Of a DNA stretch of 64,000 nucleotides, positions 62,150 through 64,000 are shown piece after piece. The translations under genes were made by a program, and so were the position numbers. The stretch comes from Octopus sinensis (lineage: Eukaryota). Below the pieces are notes generated by a model. It saw only the letters and a program-made list of their open reading frames with translations, was not told the origin of the DNA and searched no databases. The stretch lies in the NCBI RefSeq assembly GCF_006345805.1, contig NC_043008.1, forward strand, positions 52,266,001 through 52,330,000, written 5' to 3'. Numbering within the stretch: the stretch's first letter is position 1; each line of letters starts with the position of its first letter.

Positions 62150-63180
62150 AAAGCATTTGATGTTAAACGCTTTAATACAAAGTCAAGATATTCCAGGCCC
62201 TTGTTTGAGAGCTCCTTTATGCTGATGATGCAGTTCTCATTGCTCACACTGAGGAGGACATGCAGGCTATATTGGGTCTCTTCTCTAGGGCTTGTATTGC
62301 TTTTGGACTTACCATCAGTCTAAAGAAAACAAATGTCATGTTCTCTCAGCCACCAGGCTAACTCTATGTGGAATCTAACATCTTCATACAGGGTATAAGA
62401 TTAGATGTCGTTCACTCATTCATCTACCTTGGCAGCACTGTCTCTAGATATGGATCCCTTGATTCTAAAATAAACCTGAGAATTGAAAAAGCCAGCAAAG
62501 CATTTGTAAGGCTTGGAAATCGTGTGGTCTGATAGAGGTATCACCTTCAAAACCGAGCTTAATATCTATGAGTTTTGTATTTTAACAGTCCTCCTGTACT
62601 CTTCTGAGACCTGGACAACATATCGGTGCCACATCAAGGCTTTAGAAAGATTTCATGAGATTTACCTAAGGAGGATACTAGACATCAAATGGAAGTATTA
62701 AACACCAGATACTTTTATTCTTCAGCAAGCTAACGCATCCTGTATTGAAATGATCCTCATACACAATCAGATGCTTTGGGTTGGGCACCTTGCTAGGATG
62801 CAGGATGACAGGTTGCCAAAGCAGTTGTTTTACACGGAGTTGCAGCGTGGAAAACGTCTGAGACATAAACCTAAGAAACATTTTTGGATGCTGACAAAAG
62901 CAGCCTTAAGGCTCTTAATGTGAAAGTTGAAGACTGGGAGCAGATGACACAAGATTGATCAGTTTGGAAACAAATGATCTTCAATAAATGTAAAGCATTT
63001 GAAGCTAGAAGAATTGAAAAGTCTATCTTGAAATGAGCACTTCATAGACAGGGCTTGACTACAATAATATTTGTAAGATCTGCAGTAGAGTTTGTGAGCA
63101 GGACTTGCTAGTCATATACGATATCTCATGACAGTATTTAGTAATTGACAAGATGGCCTTCCTCTGTAAAGAATTGGCAA
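62150..63180 (+). mobile_element. RTE-BovB-like LINE 3' half, decayed
   Basis: ELLYADDA..HTEEDMQ..FGLTISLKKT..FIYLGS..LLYSSETWT..LERFH..LRRIL..RMQDDRLPKQL. Confidence 0.88.
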
Positions 63181-64000
63181 TGATATATATATATATATAT
63201 ATATAGCTAGGTATTAAATAACCACCTAAGGGGTATCAAATATCTGAAGAATTTACTGGTTTTTTCTACCTATACCAATAACAATGTTATGAACTATTGC
63301 TCTTAACAAATAGGTAAATAAATAAATAAACATAGAGTTTATCAATATATAAATATAAATTAGAAATGGAAACCAAGACAAGAAATTAGCATAAATAGCA
63401 ATAAAATAGCAACTAAATTTCTTATTATTGCTAACGCTTTTCAAAAAAACGCTTTTTGAGAGCAAGCTTAATCATAAATAAATAATCTAACTGAAATTTC
63501 TAAAATTAAATCTATTAGTATCTAGTTCTATATATGTATGTAAATCAAAGAAATCAACCCCAGGACTTATTCCTTGCAAGCCTCTGTGTGTGTGTGTGGT
63601 GTGTGTGTGTGTGGTGTGTGTGTGGTGTGTGTGTGTGTGTGTATGTGTGTGTGTGTGTGGTGTGTGTGTGTGTGTACATGGTAAATACATAACAAATATG
63701 CAAAATTGCTTTGGCATTAGAACTCTGAGTGGCCAAACCTGCATTTACAAAATTATAAAGAAAGGAGAAACACACAGAAATAAATAGTGAAAATGATTTG
63801 AGAAAAGTTGATCAATGACTTACATTTCTGTCTCCAACAATTTGTCCCTTGCTTCCTTGTTCCCCTCTTTTTTATATATACCTTGTAAATCTGTACTTGT
63901 TAAGATATATATACATATATATACATGTGGTTCTCCTTCTGTCTCTTTCTCTCTCAGCTTTGAATAAATTAATAAACTATGTATGTATGTATATGTGTGT

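Noticed and set aside
63818-63960. Possible upstream non-coding exon of the host gene (minus-strand GTAAGT donor at 63823)
   Set aside because: A lone donor motif with no supporting acceptor, promoter or coding evidence.

Overview
Repeat-dense, AT-rich eukaryotic genomic DNA, full of (AT)n, (AC)n, (GAT)n and (AAT)n microsatellites. The repeat landscape (RTE LINEs, tRNA-derived and Meta-domain SINEs, Penelope-like elements) suggests an octopus or other cephalopod; this is an inference. Most of the window appears to be intronic sequence of one minus-strand host gene that the ORF track does not reveal. Four small GT-AG exons (45427-45651, 34766-34959, 15465-15552, 957-1168) splice phase-consistently into at least 183 aa beginning with a signal-peptide-like N-terminus, and I cannot assign the protein to a family. 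The rest is nested transposons: a young full-length CsRn1-type Ty3/Gypsy LTR element (54593-59882) inserted in a CR1-like LINE, several RTE LINEs with a PHD-like finger after the RT core, Penelope-like elements (PLEs) of at least three families, and mariner, Tc1, Tigger, hAT, Helitron, R4/Dong and Tx1 remnants. About ten minimal type-I hammerhead-ribozyme-like motifs are scattered through PLE termini and non-coding PLE-like repeats. They include a U3-A8 core variant, versions with long stem-II insertions, and one just downstream of a tRNA-like Pol III head. All calls were made by eye; no searches or folding were run.
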